Position numbers and translations under genes: made by a program. A DNA stretch of 64,000 nt. Source: Malacoraja senta. Lineage: Eukaryota. Shown in pieces: positions 27,191 through 41,319 of this stretch (position 1 is the first letter of the stretch; the number at the start of each line of letters is the position of its first letter). The stretch spans positions 24,430,001-24,494,000 of the forward strand of contig CM075989.1 of the NCBI GenBank assembly GCA_038087875.1, written 5' to 3'. The notes beneath the pieces were generated by a model, which was not told where the DNA came from, made no database searches, and saw nothing but the letters and a program-made list of their open reading frames with translations.

Positions 27191-28225
27191 CGATACCCGT
27201 TGTAGTAAATTGCATATTTTCATTCTATGCAAAGTGACATTGTTGGGCATATGTCATTCGTTCAGTTATGGTGCGATATCCGCTATTCTGCAAATCGCAA
27301 GGTTCTACTGGTTGAGGAAACTCATATATTGTTTTATATGACATGTATGCAAATGCATGTTGTTCCAAAAGGTTTTAAGGACTCCAAAGAGCTGTTAAGG
27401 AACGCTGGGTTAACCTGGCCCCTGTTATATTTAGACTTGAGGATTGACTTGTATTAGTGAGTTATCTCCATCTAAGTTCATAAGGTCATTAGCGATAGGA
27501 GCAGAATTAGGTCATTCGGCCCATCAAGTCTACTCTGCCATTCAATCATGGATGATCTATCTTTCCCTCCTAACCCCATTCTCCTGCCTTCTCTCCATAA
27601 CCTCTGACACCCATACTAATCAATCTAGATGTTACCTTTCATAAGGATTTCTGTGAAAGTGTTGTTATAATTTGATGTTGCACCTTGTACATGCCTTTGT
27701 TCAATAATCCTCAAAGTTTTCTATTCCACCAATGCATATGTAACCAGAGCTGGTGAAATTGTTTGCCATGTCTCAATGGGCTCAGTACTCAATGCACTGG
27801 TGATACCATAGCAGTAATGGGAGGATTTAGATGATTTTACATTTCCAGAATGTATTGAGAGGACCACCCAGAAATGCATTGGAATAGTTAAATCTGGAGT
27901 TGGCAAAGACATAGGATGCGAGTTTTAGCTGTCAGAGCTAGAGTCGAGTGATCTTTTGCAGGTGGAACAGGCAAATTCAGAGATAGTTTCAAGATTTGAA
28001 ACTCAACTCAAAGGCTAAATCAAGGCTGTGACTGGTCAGGTTAAGTTTGGGGATTTAATAGCTAAAGAACAGAGTTTGAAATGACGAGGAGCAAAGACAA
28101 TGCTCTCAGCCCTCCCACATTTTAATTGGAGCAGGTGTCTGCTCCTACCTTCTGAAATATCAGACAAACAGTCTGATGGTGTAGCGAAAGTAGTGAGTTA
28201 AACTTGGATGTCATCAGCCATTGTG

Positions 28226-28600
28226 GGAGTAACTCAGCAGGACAGGCAGCTTCTCTAGAGAAAAGGAATAGGTGATGTTTCGGGTCGAGACCCTTCTTCA
28301 GTCTGGGAGTCAGGGAAAGGAAACAAAACATTTAGATGGTGATGTCGAGAGATATAGAACAAATGAATGAAAGATATGCAAAAATGTAGCGATGATAAAT
28401 GATCAGGCCATTGTTAGCTGCAGGCTAGGTGAAAACAAGTTACAGACAATGGAACTCATCAGGACAATGGTGAAACTAGTACAACAACTAGGGTAGGGGA
28501 GGGCCGGAGAGAGAGGGGATGCAAGGGTTACTTGAAGTTAGAGAATCCTTTTCTCCAGAGATGCTGTCTGACCTGCTGAGTAGCTCCAGCTTTTTGTGTA
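28226..28600 (-). mobile_element. Penelope-like 3' region with terminal repeat
   Basis: Reverse-complement homology to 2375-2700. Confidence 0.75.
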
Positions 28601-28654
28601 TTTATGTGTGCATGTGCGTATGCGTGTGTGTATAAATATTAAACTAATTAAAAT

Positions 28655-28945
28655 GAAGAATAAGGAGTAAGCCATTTAGAACGGAGACGAGGAAACACTT
28701 TTTCTCACAGAGTGGTGAGTCTGTGGAATTCTCTGCCTCAGAGGGCGGTGGAGGCAGGTTGCCTGGATGCTTTCAAGAGAGAGCTAGATAGGGCTCGTAA
28801 AAATAGTGGAGTCAGGGGATATGGGGAGAAGGCAGGAACGGGGTACTGATTGGGGATGATCAGCCATATGATCACATTGAATGGCGGTGCTGGCTCGAAG
28901 GGTCGAATGGCCTAATCCTGCACCTGTTGTCTATTGTCTATTGAA
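28655..28945 (+). mobile_element. CR1 LINE 3' end
   Basis: Encodes a VSLWNSLPQ-like segment; (CTATTGT)n tail; homologous to 47340-47634. Confidence 0.85.
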
Positions 28946-30138
28946 ATGCTCAGGGGAACCTTTCTAGCAAACAAAATTGTTGAATGTAAATTAGTTTACA
29001 GACTTGCTTGGTCCCTATGATCAGATGGATTCACCAATTAAGTATGGATGTTTATACATCACCTTTGATGCATCCAAGGTGGTGACTTCTATATAAGTGA
29101 CCAAGCATTTCACCATTCCATGATATCTGCACGTGGAAATAATGGCATGGGATTATAAGAAAGGGAATACTCTGGATTAGATGAAATTGTAGTTTTGGAA
29201 TTCCAGTGCACTAGCAATGATTTTGATTAAAGTGATTGAGGAGGAATTGGTTTGTAAAAGTTTAATTTTTTTTAATGAATATGACAGTTAGTATGTAGAA
29301 TGAACTGCCGATGCTGGTTTAAATCGAAGGTAGACACAAAATGCTGGAATAACTCAGCAGGACAGGCAGCATCTCTGGAGAGAAGGAATGGGTGATGTTT
29401 CGTGTCGAGATCCTTCTTCATGCAGTTGTCTACAGTTCTACAATAAATGCGTAGGAGCGAGTACTCTTTTTGTGGCTCATAACAAACTACACCGCCCACC
29501 ACTGAACATTTGAGGAAAAAACATTAGAAACATCAGTGGCAGCATTTCAGAGATTTCAAGGGTTCTTGTGGCCAAACCTCAAGAATAACCTCAACATGTA
29601 GGTTTAGTTAAGGTTCAAACTTAGCTGCAGTTTGTTGAGATTCAGACTTTGGGATTTTACAGCAGTAAAATACTCAATTGGATGCAGCACAAAAAACATT
29701 TTCTGGGGATTTGGCGGGACTTGTAAGCCAGTTGTTTTTATGTAGGCACATTCCCAAGACTTTGCTCTTGTGGGAGGTAAACTGACATGAACTATTTGGG
29801 CTGAGCAGTGCATTATTATGTTTAAATTCTCTGTTGTTTTTCTTTTAACATTGATGGACTAGCAAGCCTTCCTGGGATAATCTGTAGAGATACATATGTT
29901 ACATACTCAGTCAATGATGTCTCTTCCTCAGTTCCCATTGTTGCTGAAATGTGTGGGTGAAAATGGGCTTAATTTTGTCATAAATAAGTGTTGGTTGGAC
30001 TGATGACTGATTTTTGGTATAATTCCAAAGGATATCATGCAGAGGATATGATGAGCTTCATTGCCACTGGTAGTAGAGATGATTTATCATCACTATAGAT
30101 CTCCTTGCAGTGATTCAGATTGCCGTGACTCCCATTAA

Positions 30139-31179
30139 GTAGGTATGTTACATTACCTACCTTCAGCGGCGCTGCAATTCTGCCACTGTCCGTGTGCGCA
30201 ATTTTGGCTCCTTTGAGGGGGGGGCGGGGTTAAAACGCGGGTTTCTCCTACCTTGTCCTGAAATATATTTCGTTGGAGTGCAAACTTGCTGAAGAATCGT
30301 TCCGACGGGCGTTTTGTGTGTTTTTTATTTTTATTCGCCCGACAATTTCAGCGCTGGAGTTATTTTAAATCAGCTTCTAAAGCCGTCAACGTCGACAACG
30401 GGGACGGATTTCACGCACGGGACAGGTAAACGAAAGCAGTTTATTTTATGTATAAAAGTGCTTCTTAAGAGGCCTTTAATTCACATTTTAAAATGCGAAA
30501 CGGTGATTCTTTTCCCCGAACTAACGGCAGTATTTTTCATGCTGATACGGGTTTAAATTCACCGCAACCGCAATGTTCCAAATGATCGCGTTCCAGAAAA
30601 ACCCACTCGCAAGATGATTTAAATGCCCATTAATTTACAGGTATTAAACATTAAATTCCTTCCATTTGGCCTATAAATCCATGACAATGAGATTTAAGAA
30701 TTATGTTATATTGTGAATTCTTGTGTGAATGTTATTTGGACACTTAGGCTATTTAAAAATGTTAATCTATTCTTAAGAAAGATAGATGTTTAGATCTAGT
30801 AATTGAATTTTGTAATTAGCTACAATTAGGTAACTAACTAATTATATGCTTTAATTTCATGTCATCCAAGTAAGATTGTTTCATATTTGTTTCAGAATGC
30901 TTCAATCTATAATAACTGAAAATTTCTTTCAGTTCTCTTAATTTTTAAGAAAGTTATGGGCTTTTGACTGTCCTCGATCACAGCTTTTGTGTTAAGTCAA
31001 TGGAAAAGCAATAGGGAACAAGATGCTAATTTCCGAGTATGAAAATGGCCATAACTTTTTTAATACTGAAGATATGAAAGTGAATTAGGTGTCAAATTAA
31101 ACTTCTTTGTATGCTTTATCTGATGGGATAAATTGCAGACTTGATTTTTAAAATCTCAAAATGTTGTACCATTGCTACA
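30139..31179. mobile_element. Non-autonomous DNA transposon flanked by TTAA (Kolobok-like, tentative)
   Basis: TTAA at 30135-30138 and 31180-31183; imperfect TIR (GTAGGTATGTTACA versus reverse complement GTAGCAATGGTACA); CpG-rich left part unlike the surrounding intron. Confidence 0.55.
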
Positions 31180-32206
31180 TTAAGCACAGCAGTTCTATAA
31201 TGTCTAAATAGTTGACTTTGACATGTGTAGCTGCTCCCTGAGCACTTTTTCTTAACCAGTAGGTTGTCTTATCTCATGTTTGTGAGACATAGGTAATCAT
31301 CTACTGAGTAAGCTTGTAATACAGTAAACTCTCATTATTACAGACTTTTTTGTAATGGATTTTAGTTATAGCGGAGAGATCTATTGACCCTCACTGTCAG
31401 GCTGGACTGCCGAAACCATCCCCACATACAACTCCTCCTCAGCCACTTCCAGATTCTCAGTCTGAAGAAGGGTCTCGACACGAAACGTTACCTATTCTCT
31501 TTCTCCAGAGATGCTGTCTGACCCGCTGAGTTACTCTGACTTTTTGTGTCTTATCTTAGATCAATTAGTTAGGTGGATGGGACCAGAAATGGGAGCAAGC
31601 CCACATTATCGCTTTGTGACTTTTTGTTATATTACTGATCCCTACAATTCACTTCATAATGGTTAATATTGTTGCCATTCGTAATTGAACTCTTAGTCAG
31701 GTGACAGTATCTCTTGAGAAGTTTTATTAGCTGTAAGTACTTTTGAAGAATATTTGTTGAAGTCACCTTGCCAATCACATATAGTTAGCATCACTAACCC
31801 CACCCCACGATAACGTTTATATTAACACTTACTTCCTTCCGGCACTGCTCAGTTCAAGCAGCAGTTGGAATGTTCTAACATCTAACCATACTTTGTGCTG
31901 TTAAAGTGTAGTGCTGATTAAAGATGATTTGGGGTCACATAGCGTGTCTACAGCAAGGACATCTACCTAACTTGGATATGTTGTTGCATACACAATTAAA
32001 ATAAATAAAACTGATAATTTGTTTGACAATGCAGTCGATGTCACTCAGTTCAAAGGGAACCTCTGCGGTGATTTGACAAAATATGAAATAATCCTTTCTT
32101 CAAGAATTACCATTCAACATTCCACAAACATAATTAGCTGTTGATCTTAATAATCCATTCCTAGTTTATTCAGTGAGGATAGTAACAACCTAGTTTTCAT
32201 TAACAT

Positions 32207-33017
32207 CTCAATCAAAATGATAGCAGGCAGCCTTGGAAGCCTTACCCCACTACTCAAACCTCACGTCAAAAACCTAGGCATGATATTTGACTCAGCACTG
32301 AAATTTGACAAACAGGTCAATGCTGTGGTAAAAGCTAGCTTCTTTCAGCTTCGGACGATAGCTAAAATAAAACAATTCCTCCAGTTTGATGACCTCGAAA
32401 AGATCATCCACACATTTATCTCCTCCCGCCTAGATTACTGCAACTCCCTTTACACTGGCATCAGCCAATCTTCCCTGTCCCGCCTGCAACTGGTCCAAAA
32501 CGCCGCAGCGAGACTCCTGACGGGCACCCGAAAAAGGGACCACATCACCCCGATCCTGGCCTCTCTCCACTGGCTCCCTGTGCGGTTCCGTATAAAATTC
32601 AAGATCCTCCTCCATGTCTACAAAGCCCTCAATGGGCTTGCCCCCACCTACATAAAAAGTCTTCTCACCCACCACTCCACCTCCAGGCCCCTCAGATCGG
32701 CCGACTTGGGGTTGCTGAATATCCCACGGTCTAGGCATAAGCTCAGGGGCGACCGCGCCTTTGCGGTTGCAGCCCCTAGACTGTGGAACAGCATCCCCTT
32801 TCCCATCAGAACTGCCCCCTCCATCGACTCTTTTAAGTCAAGACTAAAAACTTATCTATACTCCTAAGCCTTTCCTGACGTCCTCTGAGTGAGGGCTATA
32901 TGTATATATGTATGTAGTTTGTTTTGTTTATGCTATTCGTATAACAAATGTAAAGCACTTTGGCCAACGAGAGTTGTTTTTTAAATGTGCTATATAAATA
33001 AATGTGACTTGACTTGA
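32207..33017 (+). mobile_element. L2-clade LINE, 5'-truncated, ORF2 C-terminus open
   Basis: ORF 32217-32867 with SRLDYCNSL, QNAAARLLTG and DHITPILASLHWLPV motifs; (GACTT)n tail. Confidence 0.92.
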
Positions 33018-33092
33018 TAATGAGTTCTCTGTCTGATCTTTGAGCAACCTACTTAAAGAAAGAAAGACCTGCTCTTTTTGTGATATTTGTTA

Positions 33093-35102
33093 TAGCCCTG
33101 TCTCACGGTGCGAGTTGACCCACGAGGTACCCCGAGCGAAAGACTCGTGGTTGTGCACGAGATTCCAAGTGTATGATCAAGAGTTTAACCGAGTTCGCAT
33201 GGGTATGACTCAAGTTTGCCGTTAACTGTCATTTCTGCGATGTTCCAAGTTGGTCTCCCGAGTTAACAAGTTCCTTTCCCGAGTTACTCTTGAGCCAACC
33301 TTCAATGAAGGTCCGTTTTAATAAGCAACATCTCCATCCTGCGGCTTTGAGTTAAAGATAGAATTCAGCGCGGCCGCATCTATTGATGTGACCTACAAAG
33401 GGAAAATGCGCACCGTCCAGTGCCAGAGCAGTTATACTGATGATTTGTTTGAAACACACACACACACCATCAGGCGGAGGTTTGCTATATTTTATTGAAT
33501 TTACTGCCAGGTCTACACACTGCGGGGAGACTGGAGATGAAATCTTTGAATGTGCACGGATGCGCACATCAGATTGTTGGGAGACGGAGCTCAGGGTTCG
33601 CCTCCTGAGCTGCTTTGGTGTCCAGGCGTGAGTTGAGGTGGAGGGAGGTGGGGGGGGTGGGTCAGGTTAAACTCACCCATTTGACAGAGGCAGAGGATTA
33701 CGAGGATCCAGCGAGACTCGGACTGCATGGAGAGCCGAGACTGCCCCGCTGGTGGCCAACTTCCCCCTGTCCTCCGTCGCCGCTCCCAGCCGGCCGGCAG
33801 GAGCTGTGCATGGAGCCCGCCGTCGGAGTCGTGTCTGACTGCCTGGGCAGCCTGAGGGAGGCAGATGCACCCTGCCCGGGGAGATACCGCGGAGAGACTG
33901 TGGGGGGAGTACCTCACTCTGACTGTGATAGGAAGAGACAGAGGCACACACACACACACACAGTGTGGAGTTCCTCTGACTGACTGACTGTGTGTGGGTG
34001 TGGGGGGTGGGACAGACAGAGAGAGAGAGAGAGACACACACACACACACAGGCAGCGTGGAGTACCTTTAACTGTGTGTGTGGGAGAGAGACAGAGGCAG
34101 ACACACACACACACAACGGGCAGTGTGTACCTCAGTCTGTGTGTGTGTGTAGGGGAGAGAGAGACACAGAGACAGTGTGGACCTCTGACTGTGTATGAAG
34201 GAGAGAGACAGAGAGAGAGGCACAGAGGCAGTGTGGTGTACTTCGGCGTGACTGGGGCGAGAGAAAGAGCGCACAGGACCTCGGTCTATCTGTGTGTGGG
34301 AGGGAAGAGAGACTAAGCAGAATACATTGGTCTTATTATGTGTGGGGAGAAAGAGAGAGGTGGGGGGGGGAAGAGAGAAATGGGGGGAGACGTATATACA
34401 CACAAAGCAGAGTTTTACTGTGTATGTGGGAGACACAGATGGACTTACACAGATGGACTTACCTCGGTCTTACTGTGTGTGGGAGAGGGGGAGAAAGAGA
34501 CGTACACTCACAGAGGCAGAGTCTCTCAGCCTGTGTGAGAGGGAGGGAGGGAGGGAGAGAGACACACACACACAAGGTGGATGTGAAATCTCACCTGCCT
34601 GTTTCAGTGACCGGCACCAGCCGCTAGTGAATGAAGACACCCCCATCTGTCTCCCCCTCCTCTCCCTCCACTCTCCACCCTCTCTCCTCCACCCCCCCTC
34701 CCTCCTCCAACCCCCCACTTCCCCCCAATTTGGGAAATGTCATCCCATCACCCATGCCTTCTCTCCAGAGATGCTGCCTGCCCGCTGAGTTAAAGAGTTC
34801 CCACGGTAGACTCACGAGTCACTAAGGTAAACGCACGGGCCACTACGTTCTTACAACGTGTTTAAATGTTTCAAATTTTAACCTCAAGAGTACATTTTAC
34901 TCGTGGAAAGGTTTAAATATGTTTGAATTTTTCCAAGAGTTAACAAGTGTCACGGGTACCTGCCCGTTAGCGCCAAGAGTCGCTAAGTTGCGTCCACGAG
35001 TTCCGACGTTCCCGCTACGTTAATCGTACGTGATTATCACGAGTTAAATTTGTTTTAAGCTCGGGGTACCTCGTGGGTCAGCTCGCACCGTGAGACAGGG
35101 GG
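33093..35102. mobile_element. 2-kb non-autonomous Harbinger-type TIR element
   Basis: 42-bp TIR CCCTGTCTCACGGTGCGAG(T/C)TGACCCACGAGGTACCCCGAGC at 33096-33137 and 35059-35100 with one mismatch; TTA on both flanks; interior has a GC-rich segment and CA/GA microsatellites. Confidence 0.85.
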
Positions 35103-35400
35103 TTAACACAAGCAAAGTTGAGATGGAGAATCACAGAAAAGTTCAAAGCTTGGTTTTGAACTGCAGTCACTTTTTCAAAGCCCAGAAGCTCATTTTTATT
35201 CAGCAACTTGCCCAGAAACAACAGGAGAAGGAATTGTCACTGGAACTTTTGCTTGTTATTTTGCGGGTGATGGAATGTTGAGTGGAAAAGCCAAAAGTAC
35301 CTGCTGTTAACCTGAAAGGTAGCTTGATTTAAAAATTGAATGCATTTCTTTTAAGATCTAGTCTAGAATTAAATATCACATTTGGGAGTACACTTTGGAT

Positions 35401-35690
35401 GGCACGGTGGCGCAGCGGTAGAGTTGCTGCCTTACGGCGCACACAGCGCCAGAGACCCGGGTTCGATACCGACTACGGGTGCTGTCTGTACGGAGTTTGT
35501 ACGTTCTCCCCGTGACCTCGTTGGTTTCCTACGAGATCTTCGGTCTCCTCCCACACTCCAAAAACGTACAGGTTTGTAGGCTAATTGGCTTGGTATAAAT
35601 GTAAATTGGCCCTAGTCTGTGTGGGATGTGATAATGTGCGGGGATCGCTGGTCAGCGTGGACTCGGTTCCGCGCTGTATCGCCAAATTTA
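35401..35690 (+). mobile_element. V-SINE (HE1-like)
   Basis: A box TGGCGCAGCGG (35408), B box GGTTCGATACC (35460), V-domain. Confidence 0.88.
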
Positions 35691-38580
35691 ACTTTACCAA
35701 ACAACGATACCAAATAATAAAGTCGATGAACTTGGAAAAAACAAATATGAATATCAATGGAATTCTTATCATGGAATAGAACAAATGAGACTTCAGAGGG
35801 ACGAAAATTGGTCAGCAGTAATTATCATAGTGAGCCGTTGAAAATTCAGCTACAGTTTATCGCTGAGTTTGGAATAGTGCTTATGACATTGAAGTTCATA
35901 TCAAACCAGATGCTATGTTGAATGTATTTGGAAAAATAACAGCAGTGCACTGTGTAAAGGGATCTTCAATGAAGGGGCAGGATAATCCTAACAACAGCTT
36001 TCCTGTGTTTAACTAAGCATGTGTGGGTGCCAGAAGTTCTTGTCTATAATAAGAATTAAATCTGACAACTTTGCCCTTGTTACATCTGCGCACTCAAGGC
36101 CATGTTTAAATACACTGTTGTTATTGGCAATTTCTCCTGCATTTCTTGCACCACTCTTCAACTTTTCTTATCTCGGTTTTTCCAATTTCAATAGATTGAA
36201 TCTGCATAACATAATTTTAATAGTGTATTCAGCAAAATATGTGCACCTGGAATTTGGATTATCCGAGTTTGTCTGGAGACATTGGAATTAATCGTGATAG
36301 ATTAGAACACTCTTTTTGTGGCTGAATTATTTCTTTCAAAGATGGACCTTGAAATTGGGTGTGAAGAGCTGTTTTTGTAGCACCATGTATGCTGAATGTG
36401 AAATGCAGATACATTTAACTGACATGTTTGATGAATTTGTTAGAAGTGTGGTGCTTGCGTCTTTCCTGCACATCAGAGAAGGTGTGTTTTAACGTCAACC
36501 CTGATGGAACTCTGATCTAGCACCAGCGTTGCAACATTGGGATGTGAAAATCTAGCCAAAGTGCTTTTAATGATAGTTGGGGGAACCTGAGCCTTAACGG
36601 TAGAGCCCATCAGCTTCTGTCTCCCCAGTGCAAAGGGATCTTCAATGTCTTCCAAGTTTGCTGTGTTGATTGGACAGAGAATCTCTGGATACCTTGGTGA
36701 GTTGTGAAGTCGAGGCCGTGTGTTGTGACTAATAGGTTTTACTTGTAGTATACCAGCTTGATGTTTTCTTGGCATTAGAGAACTGGGGAAGTGATTGAAT
36801 CAGGATAATGTTTGGAACAGAAATCAGGAAGTGAATGTTTTGCATTCCCAGGCAGGTGTTAGTGACTACATATACTTCACCTTCCTTTGGCATGTGGTTG
36901 ATGCATAACCAGGGGAAGTCTGAGTGGGCCAGAGATAGCCAGTTTAAGTGCTCTGCAAAGTGCTGAGGGCAGGGGAATCAAGTGTAGGAAGATTGTGCAA
37001 GTTGGAAGCCATGCTGACTTTGCATGGAAAAAGACAATATGTAATAAAGGAGGTTTGAAATAATGCTTATGCTGTTGATTAATGACAGTGCAACTTATTC
37101 AAATAGGTTTTCTTGTAAATTAATGATAAATTGAAACATTAAACATTTATTTTTACTTTCTATTGGCCTGCTCATTACTGAAGACAACATGAGAAAATAT
37201 TGAATTTGCACATTCCCTTCTTGAAAGAAAGGATTAGCTGTTCCAATATTTCATTATTTTTTTATTGTTTAAAACAGATTATTCAGAATTTAAAAAACTT
37301 AAAGGCAGCATTACTTCATAGGGGAATTTAGCTATCCTGTAATTAAAAAAGTGACATGATGTAGAATTGTTCACTGTTTGTGAAACCAGATTGAAACTGA
37401 GGAAGTATTGTGTTTCATACTGAGCTCCAATGCTGGTGAAAGTTAAAATTAGAGAGCCTCCCAGAACACGGGACCAATTAGATTTTGTGCAGGACGGAAG
37501 TGCAGATGCTGGTTTATACTGAAGATAGACACAAAATACTGGAGCAACTCAGGGGGTCAGGCAGCATCTCTGGAGAAAAAGAATAGGTGGCTCAAGAGTC
37601 TAAAAAAGAGTTCCAACCCAAAACGTCACCTTATCCATTTTATCCAGAGATGCTGCTTGACCCGCTGAGTTGCTCCAGTATTTTGTGTCTGGCATTTGGA
37701 TTTTATTGCCTGCTGAAATATTGCATCTTCAAGCCAGAGGGATAGGGCTGAGGTAAAAGTTAGATTCCCAAAATTGTCTTTGGTGTCTTTCATTGTCTTG
37801 GAACATGTTTTACATCCGATAAAGTGTAGACACTCCTGTGGTTGGATAACCCTGCAGTCAGTTTGAACCCAGCAATCCCACAAATGGCAACGAAGCAAAT
37901 CCTGCTATACTGCTGGTTTTGAGAACAAAAGTTGAACCTGAATGAATGAATAAATACTTTGTACGGGATACTGAGTTGGATGATCAGCCATGATCATATT
38001 GAATGGCGGTGCAGGCTCGAAGGGCCGAATGGCCCTACTCCTGCACCTATTTTCTATGTATCTATGTATCTATGTCACATGCGTTAAGTCACATTGAAAT
38101 TCTTTGCTTGCATACCCAAGGTGCTCAGCAGTACTTCCACTGATTCATGCCTGACGCCTTTGTGCTTGCAACGGCTGCTAATTGATCGAATTGCTCCATA
38201 TTGTTTGCCCCTTTAAGTTTTACTTGTACGGTTTCTTGGCCTAAAATGTGCTAGTCATGACGTTATAGAGCATGGGTAACATGGTCTTCAGCCCAACTCC
38301 TCCATGCCAACCAGGTTGCCATGCTGAGTAAAAAAGGATAGCTGCTGAAGGATCAATAATGAAACATTTCAACTCAAAATGTTGAATATTGATTTCCCTC
38401 TACAGATGCTGCCTGACCAACCAAGTCCTTCCATCAGTTTTCCTTTTTAAAATTTGCTGCTGATTGCAGCATCTACAGTTTTTTGTGTCTACCTGAACTA
38501 GTAGCATTTGTCTGCATTTGGCCCACATCCCTCGAAACCGTTCCTATCCATGTTCCTGTCTAAATCACTTTTAAATGTAA

Positions 38581-40552
38581 CTAGATCAAGTGCAGACCCG
38601 TTGGGTCTGTCTCCCCAACGCGCGTTTGCGGAGGGGTGGGGGGTGGCTGCGGCGTCACACTAACCACCCGTTGGGTCTGTTCCTCCAAAGCACGGTTGCG
38701 GGATTGGAATCTGGCACCCACAAACAAGTGGAAGAATGGGGAGGGAGGGGGAGAGGTGTAGGGGGGAGTGGTGGAAGTGGGAGAGAGGGAGGGGGAGAGG
38801 GGTAGGGGAGTGGTGGAAGAGGGACAGAAGGGAAGGGGTGGGGGAAAAGAGGGGAGGGAGGGGGAAGGGAGGGGGAGAGAGGGATTGGGGAGGAGAGAGA
38901 GGGGTGGTGTAAGGGGGAGAGAAGTGGAAGAGTGGGGAGGGAGGCAGATGGGGTAGGGGGTGGGGGGGGAGAGGAAAGGGGGGTGGGGGAGAGAGGGGTG
39001 GGGTAGGGGAGGGAGGGGGAAGAGTGTGAAGGGAGAGGGAAGGGAGGGGGGAGAGAGAGGGGTGGGGGAGGGAGATGGGGAAGAGTGTGGAAGGAGAGGG
39101 AAGGGAGGGAGATGGGGAAGAGTGTGGAGGGAGGGGAGAGGGGAAGAGTGGGGAGGGAGGGAAGGGAGGGGTGGGGAGAGAGGTGTGGGGGAGGGAGATG
39201 GGGAGGGTGGGGGGAGATAAGTGGAAGAATGGGGAGGAGGAGGGGGAGAGGTGTAAGGGGGAGTGGTGGAAGTGGGAGAGAGGGAGGGAGAGGGGCAGGG
39301 GGAGTGGTGGAAGAGGGACAGATGGGCAGGGGAAGGGGTGGGGGGGGAGGGGGAAGGGAGGATTGGGGAGGTGAGAGAGGGAGGGGTGGGGTAAGGGGGA
39401 GATAAGTGGAAGAGGGGATGGAGGGGGTAGTAGGAGTGGTGGATGAGGGACAGAGGGGTAGGGGGGAAGGGGGCAGGGTGAGAGAGGGAAGGGGGATGGG
39501 AGGAGAGAGGGATTGGGGAGGGGGAGAGAGGTGTGGGGGAGGAGGGGAGAGATGGGGAGGGAGGGGATTAGGGAGATGGGGTGGAGGTGTAAGAGTGAAG
39601 GGAGATGGGGGTGGGGGTGGGAGGAGGAGGGGAGGAGAGAGAGGTGTGAGGACAGGGTGATGGAGAGGGAGAGGGGTGGGGGAGGGGAGGAGAGAGGGGA
39701 GGGGGAGAGAGGTGTGGGGAGGGGGGAGGGAGATGGGGTAGGGGAAGAGTGGATGGAGTGGGGAGGGGGAAGGGGGTGGGGGAGAGAGGGAAGGTGGTTG
39801 GGGAGGGAAGGAGGGACGGAAGGGGGAGTGGGGAGAGGGGGGTGGGGGAGAGAGGGAAGGGGGTGGGGGAGAGAGGGGTGGGAGGAGGAGAGGGAGAGCG
39901 TGAGGAGAGGGAGATGGAAAGGGAGAGGAGAGGGGGATGGGGGAGTGAGAGAGGGTGAGAGAGGGATGGGGGAGGGGAGAGAGGTGTGGGGGAGGAGGGG
40001 AGGAAGGAGATGGGGTAGGGGAGGGAGGGGGAAGAGTGTGGAGGGAGGTGGAGAGGGGATATAGTGGGGAGGGAGAGTGGAAGGGGGAGGGGTAGGGACA
40101 GTCAGTCCCTATCACCCCCAATCCTCTTTCTCTATTTCCACACACGTGATGACGCGCTTCGACACAGCTGCGGGGGTGGGGAGGGGCTGGGGTTGGTGCA
40201 AAGGCATATGTAAATGGATCCATTCCGATTGGACATCTGTGAGCATTGGGCATTGTGACATCTCACGACGGAACCTTCACTAACATTTTATGGCTGAGAG
40301 CTGTTTTTTATAACATTTTGAAATTTTGGGGGTGGGGGGAGGGGAGAATGATTTTATTAAAAACGTGTACATAAACACGACGAAATTTAATCAGGAGTGG
40401 CTACTCGTAAAGAAAAGTGAAATCTCTACCGAAATGGAAAAAATCTTGTCGTTTCTGCGTGCGGTGTTGGCGTAGCGCGGTATCAAAGGCTGGCTGGCTC
40501 AAGTCAAGCAGACACACACACACACACACAGAGTTTTAAATATATAGATAGA
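38581..40552 (-). mobile_element. Non-autonomous Helitron, copy 1
   Basis: On the minus strand: 5' TCTATCTATATA, a (TG)n tract, and a 3' hairpin CAGACCC-AAC-GGGTCTG about 8 nt before the terminal CTAG, followed by T. Confidence 0.8.
38726..40098 (+). repeat. G/A-rich low-complexity tract
   Basis: Almost entirely G, A and some T, with dense GGG runs. Confidence 0.95.
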
Positions 40553-41028
40553 CTAGCCCAAGTGCAGACCCGTTGGGTCTGTCTCCCCAACGCGCGTTGG
40601 GGGGGGTAGGGGAGGCTGTGGCGTCACACTAACTACCCCCCCGTTGGGTCTGTTCCTCCAAAGCACGGTTGCGGGGTTGGAATCTTGCACCCACAAACAC
40701 ACACTCATCACACCCCTTGATATTATCTAAATTTTATTAATTGGCTTCTTTTATCCCATCTCCACCCTATCCACTGACGAATAGCCCTCACCTCTCAGGT
40801 GCGTCTAGAGGGGGGGGGGCAGAGAGAGAGAGAAATTTAATGTTAGAAAAAAAAAATTGAGGAGGAGTGTGGAGAGGAAGGGGGGAGAGAGTAGGGGGTG
40901 GAGACAGGAAGGAGAGGATGGTGGAGAGAGGTGAAGGGGGGGGGTTGGAGCGGGCGTGCATGAGTTGAGCCGCGGGCTGTGAAGAGAGATGGGCAGAGAG
41001 AGAGACAGAGGGGAGAGACAGAGAGACT

Positions 41029-41246
41029 GGTACACAAAAAAAAAGCTGGAGAATCTCAGCGGGTGCAGCAGCATCTATGGAGGGAAGGAAATAGGCAACG
41101 CTTTGTGCCGAAACCCATCTTCAGACGGGTTTCGGCCCAAAACGTTGCCTATTTCCTTCGATCCATAGATGCTGCTGCACCCGCTGAGTTTCTACAGCTT
41201 TTTTTTGTGTACCTTCGATTTTCCAGCATCTGCAGTTCCTTCTTAA
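41029..41246. mobile_element. Palindromic Penelope-derived element nested in Helitron copy 2
   Basis: TSD AGACAGAGAGACT at 41016-41028 and 41247-41259; same subfamily as 9173-9390. Confidence 0.8.
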
Positions 41247-41319
41247 AGACAGAGAGACTATTGGCGGGCTGTTTCCCCAGCGGCATCACACTCACACTAA
41301 CCACCCCCCAAACACACAG

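Noticed and set aside
33914..34825. Many overlapping ORFs
   Set aside because: Produced by CA/GA microsatellites inside a transposon.
35401..35475. tRNA gene
   Set aside because: A and B boxes are present, but they form the head of a multi-copy SINE and no convincing cloverleaf is seen.
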